From Candidatus Thorarchaeota archaeon (GTDB taxonomy: Archaea; Asgardarchaeota; Thorarchaeia; Thorarchaeales; Thorarchaeaceae): 64,000 nucleotides of DNA. The notes under the pieces were generated by a model that did no database searches, had not been told where the DNA came from, and saw only the letters and a program-made list of their open reading frames with translations. Below are positions 21,338 to 31,094 of this stretch, piece after piece. The stretch is from assembly GCA_048884965.1 (NCBI GenBank), contig JBHLQH010000003.1, positions 129,809-193,808 on the forward strand. The letters are read 5' to 3'. Position 1 is the stretch's first letter. Every line of letters begins with the position of its first letter. Position numbers and translations under genes: made by a program.

Positions 21338-22269
21338 TTGACTTAATCATCGCGATTCTTTCAGCACCTTTTGTCCAACGTGCAATTCTCGGAGCGGTAC
21401 TGATAGCAATCGTTGCAGCTACGAGCGGCACCTTTCTTGTTTTTCGTGGTCTATCCTTCATGACCTCTGGCGTAGCACATGCTGCATTAGGTGGTGCAGC
21501 TCTCGGTCTGTTCCTACAATATACTGAGATTGCGCCTTGGTTCGATCCAATCCTAGGAGCATTGCTTTTCAGTATCTTTGTCGCGTTGATCACTGGCTAT
21601 GCAGGCGAACGCGGAATTGCAGAGAAAATGGAGGTTGCAGTTGGTGTATCCTTCGCGCTCTCTATGAGTATCGCCGTGCTGCTAATGTACTATATACCAC
21701 CTACCCAGGTACCTCAGATTTGGGGATATCTCATAGGGGATATTCTTCTCCTCAATAATCTAGATTTGCTTCTACTTGCTGAAACGGCCGCTTCATTACT
21801 TTTCCTTACATTGCTTTTCAACAAGGAATTCGTGTATGTTAGCATTGATATGGATGGGGCCACTGCACATGGCTTGAATTCTCGGGCATATCATTACTTG
21901 ATGCTCATAACTTCTGCTTTGGCGATCGCGTTTGCAACGAAGGCTGTTGGCGCAATTCTTGTCTATGCCATAATGGTGGCTCCAGCTGCAGCTTCCAATG
22001 AGATAATCAAATCAGTTAGAGGCGTCATCATCTCAGTATTCTTCATTGCCCTCGTTTCAGAGATGATTGGCCTTCTCGCTTCATTCACGATCCAGGCCTC
22101 TCCAAGTGCAATCGCGGGAATTCTTGCAGCTCTCTCGTATGTTCTTGCATTGCAGATAAAGCGCTTCAAAGAACGCAATGTCGATGATGAAATCCCAGAG
22201 ATTGAGAAAATAACTGAGGCACAAAAAAACTTCATTGAAAGTGGCGACACGGAACATCACCAACACTAG
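21334..22269 (+). CDS. znuB: Zn/Mn ABC transporter permease (ABC-3)
   Basis: AHAALGG, YLIGDIL, VGAILV...APAAA. Confidence 0.9.
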   Translation: MIDLIIAILSAPFVQRAILGAVLIAIVAATSGTFLVFRGLSFMTSGVAHAALGGAALGLFLQYTEIAPWFDPILGALLFSIFVALITGYAGERGIAEKMEVAVGVSFALSMSIAVLLMYYIPPTQVPQIWGYLIGDILLLNNLDLLLLAETAASLLFLTLLFNKEFVYVSIDMDGATAHGLNSRAYHYLMLITSALAIAFATKAVGAILVYAIMVAPAAASNEIIKSVRGVIISVFFIALVSEMIGLLASFTIQASPSAIAGILAALSYVLALQIKRFKERNVDDEIPEIEKITEAQKNFIESGDTEHHQH

Positions 22270-22343
22270 GTACGAGTTTCAAATGGTCGGTATCTTTAAG
22301 TGTAAAACACTAGCATCGAGCAAGTCAAGGTCGGTGAACGACA

Positions 22344-22739
22344 GTGAGTGATGAAGTTCCAGAAAGAGAAGAAATTATTCGATCAACACTGATAACTGCC
22401 ATATTGACCAGCATATTCCTGATACTTGGTCTATTATTCTGGGTATGGTCAAATTCACCCGATGTGGAATCTCCGCTAACTGCGATTAACGATGTCAATG
22501 CATTCATAGTGCCCCTATTGGAAATCCTGTTCATGGGTGGAATGTACTTCTTCATGACCGTTACAGTTGTTAATCTTCGCCTATATCTAACAGGAATCCG
22601 AGCAGGATGGCTTGACATTATCTTGCTTCTTATAGTTCAAGTTGTAATTTCCTATTTGATGTTTGGACTTGAGGTGACTGGAGCAAGCTTTGTGGTCTGT
22701 CTTGCATTTATCGCATACCTTTACCTACTCCAAGAGTAA
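22344..22739 (+). CDS. Small 4-TM membrane protein
   Basis: Hydrophobic ORF, GTG start after GGTGA. Confidence 0.65.
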   Translation: MSDEVPEREEIIRSTLITAILTSIFLILGLLFWVWSNSPDVESPLTAINDVNAFIVPLLEILFMGGMYFFMTVTVVNLRLYLTGIRAGWLDIILLLIVQVVISYLMFGLEVTGASFVVCLAFIAYLYLLQE

Positions 22740-22943
22740 ATCACTAGAATCTTCTAGAACTTCATCGTACCAGAAGCTTTATGTGTTTAGGCCAAGCTTT
22801 CTCGATTAACCTACAAGGCAGACTTGCCCGTGGTTATCAAGATCAGCAATTGATTGGTCTGGCTAAAGGAATTGTCAGTTATTCCTGAAACCTTAAGTTC
22901 TGACTTCCTTCTAGTCGCACGGACATTGCTGGAGGATATTACT

Positions 22944-23684
22944 ATGTTCGGTATTTCAGGTGCAGGGTACGATACAAGCACCGGTATATTTAGTCCTGAA
23001 GGACGAATATTCGCTGCTGAATACGCAAAGAAAGCAGTAGAACAAGGTGCGACTTCCATTGGCGTTCTTGCAAAGGATGGAGTTATCCTGCTTGCAGAGA
23101 AGAGAGTTTTACCACTTCAAGAACCTGATAGCGTAGAGAAGATCTCGAAGGTGGATGACCATATCGGGGTTGCTACCTCAGGATTCATGGCTGATGCGCG
23201 ACAGCTGATTCAAGAAGCTCGTGTTAAAGCACAATCCTTCTGGCTTACCTTTGAAGAACCAATCTCAGGAGAAGCTCTTGCAGAACATATCTGCAATGAA
23301 AAAGTGACTAGGTTGTCACTTGATATGCGCCAAGGAGGCCGTCCATATGGTGTCGCGTTGCTAATTGGTTCTGTTGATCTTGATGGAAAGCCAAGACTAT
23401 TCATGACTGATCCTGTTGGATATCATTGGGGCTATCTTGCTGGTGTTATCGGACGGGGAAGTACTCAAGCTGGTGAATACCTGGAGAAGCATTACAAGCG
23501 CACACTCAAGATGCCAGAAGCCATTCGGCTTGCTCTTGGAGCGCTTCGGCAAGTCACTGACTCGGAACTCGATAAGGAAAATGTCGAGATTGCCCAAATA
23601 CCTGTGAAGACAGGCAAATTCTATCGTCTATCCTATGCTGAGATCGAATCTTATCTCACCAGTGAAGAAACAACCAAGGAGTGA
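22944..23684 (+). CDS. psmA: Proteasome alpha subunit
   Basis: GYDTSTGIFSPEGRIFAAEYA, SVEKI, GRPYGVALL; start after GGAGG; first gene of the superoperon. Confidence 0.93.
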   Translation: MFGISGAGYDTSTGIFSPEGRIFAAEYAKKAVEQGATSIGVLAKDGVILLAEKRVLPLQEPDSVEKISKVDDHIGVATSGFMADARQLIQEARVKAQSFWLTFEEPISGEALAEHICNEKVTRLSLDMRQGGRPYGVALLIGSVDLDGKPRLFMTDPVGYHWGYLAGVIGRGSTQAGEYLEKHYKRTLKMPEAIRLALGALRQVTDSELDKENVEIAQIPVKTGKFYRLSYAEIESYLTSEETTKE

Positions 23685-23691
23685 AACAGAA

Positions 23692-24426
23692 ATGAGTGGC
23701 GGCGGTGGCTCGGGACAGAAAAGTGGCGACAAGTGGTTGGATTTAGATGCAGTAGTTGTAGGAATTAGAAAAGGACACCTACGCTTTGAGATTTTTGTTG
23801 ATCCAGATCTAGCCTTCAAATATCGACGAGGAGAGGAGGTTCCTCTTCAGGACATTCTGAAAAGCTACCAAATCTATGAAGATGCACGAAGAGGTGAACA
23901 TGCCACTGAAATGCTGGTTCAGGATGCCTTTGGATCTTCTGATATTTTTGATATCGCTCCAGAAATCATCAAGCACGGAGAATTCCGGCTAACTCATGAA
24001 CAACGAATACAGATGACTGAGGAGAAGACAGAAGCTATCATCCATGACATCTCAAAAAGAGCTATGAATCCACAGACTGGGCATCCTCATCCTCCTGACC
24101 GCGTGCGTCAGGCAATGGAAGAAGCAAAAGTCAAAGTTGATCCGTTCATTACCATAGAGGAACAAGTGCCAAAGATTGTCAAGGCTCTTAGAGTCGTAAT
24201 TCCCATTTCCTTTGAGAGTGTCAAAATCAAGGTCACTATCCCCGCATCATTCGCTGGGAAAGGATACAATATGGTTGCCATGGCTGGCGTCATTAAGACT
24301 GACACTTGGGAGCAGGATGGCTCATGGACCGGTCTTGTAGAAATACCCGCCTCAAAGAGGCAAGAGCTCTATGATGAGCTCAACAAGCTGACTAAGGGAC
24401 AGATACGTTTGGACCTCCAACGATAG
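23692..24426 (+). CDS. sdo1: Ribosome maturation factor SBDS/Sdo1
   Basis: RFEIFVDP, NPQTGHPHPPDR, canonical position after psmA. Confidence 0.95.
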   Translation: MSGGGGSGQKSGDKWLDLDAVVVGIRKGHLRFEIFVDPDLAFKYRRGEEVPLQDILKSYQIYEDARRGEHATEMLVQDAFGSSDIFDIAPEIIKHGEFRLTHEQRIQMTEEKTEAIIHDISKRAMNPQTGHPHPPDRVRQAMEEAKVKVDPFITIEEQVPKIVKALRVVIPISFESVKIKVTIPASFAGKGYNMVAMAGVIKTDTWEQDGSWTGLVEIPASKRQELYDELNKLTKGQIRLDLQR

Positions 24427-24495
24427 TATTCACGTTATGTCAGCAATTTACGATCGCATATGTAATTAAGAAAATAAACTGAGGGAAAAGAGAAA

Positions 24496-25458
24496 TTGGC
24501 TGTATTCTTTTCGAAAAGAGAAATCGTTATTCCCGGTCAGGTACTGGCTGATGGCAGATATAGGTCCTCTATGGGCACCTATGAGAAAGAGGGCAAAGTC
24601 TTCTCTGCCGTAGTCGGCTTGGCTGAATTAAGAGGGAATACCGTAAAAGTAGTCCCCCTCCAAGGAGTGTATATACCACGTGAAGGGGATTTTGTAATTG
24701 GAACAATAACGATAGTAGCAGGAAACAATTGGAAAGTTGAGATTGGTGGACCCTACCTAGCCTCTCTACATGCAAATAATGCCCTGAGACGCCCCTATGA
24801 TGATGATATCTCTCGTTACATGGATATTGGTGATGTCGTGGCGGCTGAGGTCACTGCCTTTGACCGAAATACTGGTCCGTTCCTTTCTATGAAAGGTCGA
24901 GGCCTAAGAAAGTTGGAGGGTGGAATGCTTGTAAAGGTCAGTCCCGCTAAGATTCCGAGGGTCATCGGAAGAAGGGGCTCGATGATCAATATGATCAAGG
25001 ATTTGCTGCGAATACAAACTTTCGTTGGACAGAATGGCGTTATCTGGATACGCGCTCGAGATATCGAGCTACAGAGACTTGCTGTAAAGGCCTTCAAGAT
25101 GATAGAAGCTGAGGCTCATACCTCAAAACTCACTGACCGAGTCAATGATATGTTGAAGAAAGAGCTAGCAGGGTTGAAGGGCACTTCTGTCAGCGATGAA
25201 CCATCAGATGACACTGTAGATGAAGATGATTATGACGACTTTGCCGAAGATGATTATGACGATTCTACAGACTACGAATCTGAACCGACACCTGAGGCAG
25301 AGGATGAAATAGACCTAGATGCTGAGGTCGAGGAAACTGATGATACAACAGAATCTGGTGAACCTAAACCGGAAGCAGTGAAAGCTGAGAAGGAAGAAGC
25401 AGAGCCAGCTATGAACGATGAACTTGAGAAAGAATCTAAGGAAGTGAATGAAGAATGA
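24496..25458 (+). CDS. rrp4: Exosome RNA-binding cap protein Rrp4 with long acidic tail
   Basis: VIPGQ, YIPREGD, S1 domain, KH motif PRVIGRRGSM, GQNGVIW. Confidence 0.95.
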   Translation: MAVFFSKREIVIPGQVLADGRYRSSMGTYEKEGKVFSAVVGLAELRGNTVKVVPLQGVYIPREGDFVIGTITIVAGNNWKVEIGGPYLASLHANNALRRPYDDDISRYMDIGDVVAAEVTAFDRNTGPFLSMKGRGLRKLEGGMLVKVSPAKIPRVIGRRGSMINMIKDLLRIQTFVGQNGVIWIRARDIELQRLAVKAFKMIEAEAHTSKLTDRVNDMLKKELAGLKGTSVSDEPSDDTVDEDDYDDFAEDDYDDSTDYESEPTPEAEDEIDLDAEVEETDDTTESGEPKPEAVKAEKEEAEPAMNDELEKESKEVNEE

Positions 25459-26288
25459 GTCCGGAGAAAAAACCAGACAATCTCATTAATGCTGAAGGTC
25501 TAAGAGTTGATGGAAGAAGAATTGATGAGCTTAGACCTGTAGAAATGAAGGTGGGAGTCCTTAAACAAGCTGATGGGTCTGCTTCAATCAGACAAGGCAA
25601 GACCTACATAATAGCTGCCGTATATGGACCCCGTGAGCTACATCCTCGTCATTTGACACTTAATGACAGAGCGTACTTAAGAGTTGTATATCGAATGACA
25701 ACCTTCTCAGTACCAGATCGAAAGAGACCAGCTCCCTCTCGTCGAGAAAAGGAAATCTCAATGGTCATTGCAAATGCACTTAGTCCGGTAATCTTCTTGG
25801 AAGAATTTCCAAAGGCTGTGATTGATGTATTTGTGACGGTCATTCAGGCAGATGGAGGCACTCGCTGTGCTGCTATTAATGCGGCATCACTAGCATTAGC
25901 TGATGCAGGAATCCCAATGAGGAGTCTTGTACCCGCAGTTGCAGTTGGCAAGGCTGACGGACAGCTTGTTGTCGACCTAGGTGATGAAGAGGACAAATAC
26001 GGACAGGGTGACATTCCTATGGCAATTATCCCCCCGACGGAGGAGATTGTGCTTCTCCAGCAAGATGGTTCCTTTACTCGTGAAGAGATAATGGAAGCCC
26101 TGCAAATGGGAATAAACTCCTGCAAGTATCTGCATGAGGTACAAAAAGATGCACTGAAGGCAGCCTATGTTGGAAGTGGATCTGAAGAAGATGATGATGA
26201 CGACGAGGACGATATTGATGACGATGAAGACTATGATGACGACCTCGAGCATGACCTCGGTGAAGCCGAGATTCCAGGAGATGATTAA
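25455..26288 (+). CDS. rrp41: Exosome catalytic subunit Rrp41 with acidic tail
   Basis: RVDGRRIDELRP, YGPRE, PSRREKEIS, ADGGTR, DLGDEED. Confidence 0.96.
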   Translation: MSPEKKPDNLINAEGLRVDGRRIDELRPVEMKVGVLKQADGSASIRQGKTYIIAAVYGPRELHPRHLTLNDRAYLRVVYRMTTFSVPDRKRPAPSRREKEISMVIANALSPVIFLEEFPKAVIDVFVTVIQADGGTRCAAINAASLALADAGIPMRSLVPAVAVGKADGQLVVDLGDEEDKYGQGDIPMAIIPPTEEIVLLQQDGSFTREEIMEALQMGINSCKYLHEVQKDALKAAYVGSGSEEDDDDDEDDIDDDEDYDDDLEHDLGEAEIPGDD

Positions 26289-26290
26289 GA

Positions 26291-27118
26291 ATGGGTGATT
26301 GGAGTTCAGAAGTAATCAGTCACATCGATCGTGAATTCATTCGCGACATGCTCAGCAAAGGTGAGCGAGTTGATGGCCGAGCTCTTGAGGAGTTTCGCCC
26401 AATAGAGATTGATGTAGATGTAGTACCAGCTAAAGCAGAAGGATCTGCGCTCGTTAAACTGGGTGATACTAGTGTCGTAGCAGGCGTAAAGGTACTTCCA
26501 GGTGAGCCATTCCCTGACTCTCCAGACGAGGGATTTGTGATGGTCACTGCAGAGATGTCCCCCATGGCATCCCCCTTGTTTGACCTTGGTCCTCCACGAG
26601 AGGATGCAATAGAGCTAGCCAGAGTTGTTGACAGAGGTGTGAGAGAGTCTGAAACTGTTGATACAAAGAAGCTATGTATCGAACCAGGTAAGCAAGTATA
26701 CACGGTTTTTGCTGATGTCTATCCTCTAGAATATGACGGGAACTTGATTGATGCATCATCAATCGCGGTCAATGCTGCATTGGCAACGACAAGATTCCCT
26801 GAGCTAAAGTACGAAAACAAAGCACTTGTGGAAACTGGAAACATGCTATCTGTACCCCTAATGAATATGGCAGTAGAGGTCACAATAGCAAAGATTGGCA
26901 AGTATTTGGTTGTTGATCCGATACTCAAGGAAGAGATGGTTCAAGACACTCGACTCACAATTGCAGTAGACGAGAATGAGAACATGACCGCTATGCAGAA
27001 GGGTGGTGGTGTTGGACCCATCAGTTTGGAAGAGATCGATCGGTCAATGGAACTTGCGGTTGAGAAGTCTCATGACATTATCTCCGCAATCAAGGAAGCA
27101 ATCAAATCTGTCAAGTAA
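26291..27118 (+). CDS. rrp42: Exosome subunit Rrp42
   Basis: RVDGR, AEGSALVKLG, IELARVVDRGVRES, DGNLIDA, QKGG. Confidence 0.96.
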   Translation: MGDWSSEVISHIDREFIRDMLSKGERVDGRALEEFRPIEIDVDVVPAKAEGSALVKLGDTSVVAGVKVLPGEPFPDSPDEGFVMVTAEMSPMASPLFDLGPPREDAIELARVVDRGVRESETVDTKKLCIEPGKQVYTVFADVYPLEYDGNLIDASSIAVNAALATTRFPELKYENKALVETGNMLSVPLMNMAVEVTIAKIGKYLVVDPILKEEMVQDTRLTIAVDENENMTAMQKGGGVGPISLEEIDRSMELAVEKSHDIISAIKEAIKSVK

Positions 27119-27129
27119 CAGAACTGTGT

Positions 27130-27154
27130 GAGCGGGACCTTCCCGCTCCCTTTT
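27130..27154 (+). terminator. Stem-loop plus pyrimidine tract after rrp42
   Basis: gagcggga-cct-tcccgctc followed by cctttt. Confidence 0.55.
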
Positions 27155-27274
27155 CCTGAAACGAACCGAGCATAAGCCTAATAAGCGGAATCGAAGGGCG
27201 ACTGATAGATTCCAGCAGTGCCCTTGAATCATATTGCACTGGAATCATAGTATATTCATTAGGAGACCAGTAAC

Positions 27275-27685
27275 ATGGCAAGAACCAAGAAAGTTGGAAG
27301 CACAGGTCGCTTCGCAGCAAGATATGGTGCGAAGTTACGAAGAAGGGTATTGGATATTGAGAAGAAGAGAAATGAGCCACATCGATGTCCTGCTTGTGCT
27401 ACAAGGGCGCTGAAGAGGAAAGCTGCTGGTCTGTGGAAGTGTACCAAGTGCGAACTTCTTTTTGCAGGAGGCGCCTATGTGCCTTACACTGATGCTGGAA
27501 AGGCTGCAAAGAGAGCGATTGCACAACGTGTTGCCGGCGACTTCTTGGCTTTGACAGATCAAGAGGATCTCGAAGAACTTGAGTTCCTACCAAATATCGA
27601 GCCAGAAATAGAAGCTGAGGACTATGAAGAGAGTAGCGAAGACCTCATCTTACCAGATGATGAGGAAGAGTTTGGCGACGAATAG
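27275..27685 (+). CDS. rpl37ae: Ribosomal protein eL43 (L37Ae) with acidic C-terminal extension
   Basis: RTKKVGSTGRFAARYG, CPAC...GLWKCTKC, AGGAY. Confidence 0.96.
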   Translation: MARTKKVGSTGRFAARYGAKLRRRVLDIEKKRNEPHRCPACATRALKRKAAGLWKCTKCELLFAGGAYVPYTDAGKAAKRAIAQRVAGDFLALTDQEDLEELEFLPNIEPEIEAEDYEESSEDLILPDDEEEFGDE

Positions 27686-28251
27686 TGTCTTCCATTCTGA
27701 TAACTACCTCCCGTAGACCCTCTAATCGTGTTCGGACCTTCGTCCGAGATATACAGTCTATCATTCCAGATAGTCTAAGATTCAATCGTGGTGGCATGAG
27801 TCTGCCTGAGATTGTGTCCAGAATTCAACAATCAAATACCCGTGCAGCATTTATCATATCTAGCTATAAAGGGAATCCTGGGAATCTGCAGGTCATTGAG
27901 AGTAACGGCGTGATCGTCTACGAACTAGTCCTAGAAAGTGCATTATTGCGGAGAGAAACAAGAAAAGAAGATCGTACTAGGATCAGTTACCTGAGCACAG
28001 TTTCTGTTCATCAAGATTCAAGTACCAATACTAAGGAATTTGGCTCCTACTTGGCAGCACTACTTGATGTAGACTTTAGTGAAATCAAGGAGATTTCTGA
28101 TATGCAATCTGATTTGGCAGGACGGACTTCGATATTCTTGCAGGACTATGATAGCAAAGTGCTTTGGACAGTATATCACACACTCGATCTAAGTGAGATA
28201 GGTCCCAGGATACGAATCTCACATATCAGGAGGTTTCCAAATGAACAATGA
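27685..28251 (+). CDS. Brix/Imp4-domain ribosome biogenesis protein
   Basis: LITTSRRPSNRVRTF, NRG, KGNPG, GPRIR. Confidence 0.88.
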   Translation: MSSILITTSRRPSNRVRTFVRDIQSIIPDSLRFNRGGMSLPEIVSRIQQSNTRAAFIISSYKGNPGNLQVIESNGVIVYELVLESALLRRETRKEDRTRISYLSTVSVHQDSSTNTKEFGSYLAALLDVDFSEIKEISDMQSDLAGRTSIFLQDYDSKVLWTVYHTLDLSEIGPRIRISHIRRFPNEQ

Positions 28252-28516
28252 GAGCAATCAATCTGGAACAGCAACGCTAGAGATAGATATCGGAGACCCT
28301 GAGCTTGTAGACATACTTTATAGGGCTCTAGGACCCGAAACCCTCTCTGTACCTTCTGACAGAGCCCGAGTAACCCTTACCAAGCTCGATGGGGCTCTTA
28401 CCATCATGATACAGGCTGACGACCTCACAGCTCTACGAGCCGCAATGAACTCATACCTTGCTTGGATATCAGGAAGTTTAGGTGCAGTCGAGTCTGTCAC
28501 AAGCCAAAACCCTTAA
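28241..28516 (+). CDS. pcc1: KEOPS complex subunit Pcc1
   Basis: LYRALGPE...ADDLTALRAAMNSYLAWI. Confidence 0.92.
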   Translation: MNNESNQSGTATLEIDIGDPELVDILYRALGPETLSVPSDRARVTLTKLDGALTIMIQADDLTALRAAMNSYLAWISGSLGAVESVTSQNP

Positions 28517-28573
28517 GTCAAAACTATCTGGCGCGTAGTGAAAGCACACCAATCATAAACGGTGGTTATATCC

Positions 28574-28936
28574 ATGGCTCAACAAATTACTCCAGAGTTG
28601 GAAAACAAGATCCGAGAATGGCAAAACATCAGACAGCAAGTAGAAGCATTCAGGAATCAGATTGCCGTAAGGCAACAGGAACTAAATGAGATTCAATTGA
28701 CCTTGGAGGAGCTGAAGAAGCATCCTGACGACGTTACGACCTACAAAGCTGTTGGTAGTGTCATGTTCCAAGTCAACAAAACCAAAATCACCTCAGATCT
28801 TGAAGATAGAAAGGGCGATCTAGAAACCCTGATCAAATCTGTTAAGACCAAGCTGGAGAAAATTGAAGCAAAGGATAAGGAACTAGAAAACCAGATACAA
28901 ATCGAACTGTCCCAGCGAAATCTTACTCTACAGTGA
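28574..28936 (+). CDS. pfdB: Prefoldin beta subunit
   Basis: Coiled coil - YKAVGSVMF beta hairpin - coiled coil; synteny. Confidence 0.93.
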   Translation: MAQQITPELENKIREWQNIRQQVEAFRNQIAVRQQELNEIQLTLEELKKHPDDVTTYKAVGSVMFQVNKTKITSDLEDRKGDLETLIKSVKTKLEKIEAKDKELENQIQIELSQRNLTLQ

Positions 28937-29235
28937 GAGAGATGAAACCCGTAGTCGACATTGGCCTCCCCGATTTGGATGAGGAGCAGATAGATGCCTT
29001 AGCGGAAGCATGCGAGAAGCAAATCACTTCCTTCATTTTGAATGAGATTCCAAGTAAAAGCATAGACGAGCTATCCATCAGTTGTACCCTAGATCTTGAT
29101 GATGAGCTGCATTTGGCAATAGACATCGATATCATTCAGAAGTATTCAACTGGTCAAAATCTTGAAGAGATTACAAATCGTGCCTCAGAGTATGCTTCTG
29201 ATTGGCTGGAGCGACAACTGAAGGAGATGAAGTGA
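28933..29235 (+). CDS. DUF3194-like protein
   Basis: IGLPDLDEEQI...ACEK pattern and conserved position after pfdB. Confidence 0.7.
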   Translation: MREMKPVVDIGLPDLDEEQIDALAEACEKQITSFILNEIPSKSIDELSISCTLDLDDELHLAIDIDIIQKYSTGQNLEEITNRASEYASDWLERQLKEMK

Positions 29236-30242
29236 GGGTGGATATTAGGGCATTATTGTCATCAGCCAAGAATATCATAATTCTTGGTCATCATAATGCC
29301 GACCCAGATGCTGTCTGCTCGATGATTGCTTTTCAGCATCTTGTTGTGTCTATTAATCCAGGAGTAACAACGACTCTCGCCTGTGATGATGTCAGCAGAC
29401 TATCTAAACAGGTGTTGGATACTTTCGCGCCTGCCTCACAGATTTTAGAGAATGCTGATGGAGAATTCGATCTTGTCATTGTTCTTGATACAAACAGCTC
29501 TCTTCAGCTGGGAAATGGTTTCGGAAAATTCGTTTCTAATCCCTCTGTTGTTTTAGTGGTTGATCATCATGAATTCAATCCTGAAGTCCACCAAATTGCA
29601 GAACATACCGTAATAGAGACTCAAGCATCCTCAACATGTGAGGTTCTAGTCAAACTCTATAGAGAGATGGAAACACGTATTGACCCTAAAATTGCGAATC
29701 TACTCCTAACAGGAATGCTATTTGACACACGAAGATTCTTCTATGTCGGTCCAGCTACCCTTGAGTCTGCGCTAGCGTTGGTTAAGGACGGAGCTGACTA
29801 TGATGCTTGTATTCGGTCATTGACGATAAAACCCGATCGTTCAGAGAGAATAGCACGTCTGAAAGCAGCTTCTCGTCTTCTCGTTCATACAATCGGGGAT
29901 TGGGTCATTGTCACTGCAAAGATAGGCGCATATGAAGCCAGCGCCTGTCGAGGTCTGATCGATTTGGGTGCAGATGTTGCAATTGTTGGAGGAAAGCCAG
30001 CAAAGGATGTTGTTAGGATAAGTGCGCGGAGTACAAATGAGTTCTATCAGGAAACTGGAATAAACCTCGGCACAGATATCATGGAACCCTTAGGAGAACT
30101 GATTGATGGGAAGGGCGGAGGTCACCCAAATGCTGCAGGGGCAAATGGAACCCGGAATCGAAAGAAGGCATTGCTCCAGTCAGTCGAACTCATAAGAAAG
30201 ATACTGGAACAGAATTCATCTACTCAGACACAAGGAGGTTGA
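29232..30242 (+). CDS. DHH/DHHA1 phosphoesterase (NrnA-like)
   Basis: HHNADPD, VLDT, DHH, FDT, GGGHPNAAG. Confidence 0.9.
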   Translation: MRVDIRALLSSAKNIIILGHHNADPDAVCSMIAFQHLVVSINPGVTTTLACDDVSRLSKQVLDTFAPASQILENADGEFDLVIVLDTNSSLQLGNGFGKFVSNPSVVLVVDHHEFNPEVHQIAEHTVIETQASSTCEVLVKLYREMETRIDPKIANLLLTGMLFDTRRFFYVGPATLESALALVKDGADYDACIRSLTIKPDRSERIARLKAASRLLVHTIGDWVIVTAKIGAYEASACRGLIDLGADVAIVGGKPAKDVVRISARSTNEFYQETGINLGTDIMEPLGELIDGKGGGHPNAAGANGTRNRKKALLQSVELIRKILEQNSSTQTQGG

Positions 30243-30251
30243 TTTTCACTA

Positions 30252-31094
30252 ATGGTGCTGGTCGAATTCTCTGATTTCAGTTTCAAGTATCTGGGAGCTG
30301 AGTCACTAGCACTTAGAAAGATCAATCTGTCCATCGAATCCGGAGAATACATCGTTGTTACAGGTCCTTCCGGATGTGGGAAGACCACCTTATGTCGAGC
30401 GATTAATGGCTTAGTGCCTCAATTTCATCGAGGGTACATCGCAGGGCATGTCTATGTTCAGGGAAAAGATACACGTGATTGCAGAGTCGCTGACCTCGCA
30501 CCTATTGCGGGACTCATGTTTCAGAATCCTGCGAATCAGCTTGTCACATTAAATGTCGCAAAGGAAATCGCATTTGGTCCAGAGAATCTTGGCGTTGAGC
30601 CATCAAAGATTCGTGAACGAGTTGAAGAGCTGATTGAAACCTTGAATCTTGGCCATCTGCGAGATAAACATCCCCATGAGATGTCAGGTGGACAACAACA
30701 GATGGTCGCCATGGCTGCGACCCTAGCTCTTGAACCAAAGATTTTGGTTGCAGATGAGCCTACTTCCAATCTTGATCCGAAAAGCGCAGAGGTCTTGCTA
30801 TCCATCCTGTCAGATTTGAATCAAAAAGGCATGACGATATTCCTAGTTGAGCATAGGCTAGACCTGGTATCCCGAGATGCATCTAGAATCATCCTCATGA
30901 ACAATGGCAGCGTTGTCGCTGATGGGCTTCCTCGAGAAATCCTTTCGTCACCTCTATGTGAGGAAATTGGTATTGGAATTCCAAAAGCCACGGAAGTATA
31001 CAAACGCTTGAGCAGGAAGGGTATTACTCTTGGTCAAGTGCCTCTTACTGGAGAGGAACTGGCACAACTAGTTGAGGAAGTGAAAGGCACATGA
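30252..31094 (+). CDS. ecfA: ECF transporter ATPase A
   Basis: GPSGCGKT, FQNP, FGPENLG, MSGGQQQ, DEPTSNLD. Confidence 0.9.
   Translation: MVLVEFSDFSFKYLGAESLALRKINLSIESGEYIVVTGPSGCGKTTLCRAINGLVPQFHRGYIAGHVYVQGKDTRDCRVADLAPIAGLMFQNPANQLVTLNVAKEIAFGPENLGVEPSKIRERVEELIETLNLGHLRDKHPHEMSGGQQQMVAMAATLALEPKILVADEPTSNLDPKSAEVLLSILSDLNQKGMTIFLVEHRLDLVSRDASRIILMNNGSVVADGLPREILSSPLCEEIGIGIPKATEVYKRLSRKGITLGQVPLTGEELAQLVEEVKGT

Noticed and set aside
26185-26245. GAT/GAC trinucleotide runs as a microsatellite or contingency locus
   Set aside because: Mixed synonymous codons encoding the acidic tail, not a pure repeat
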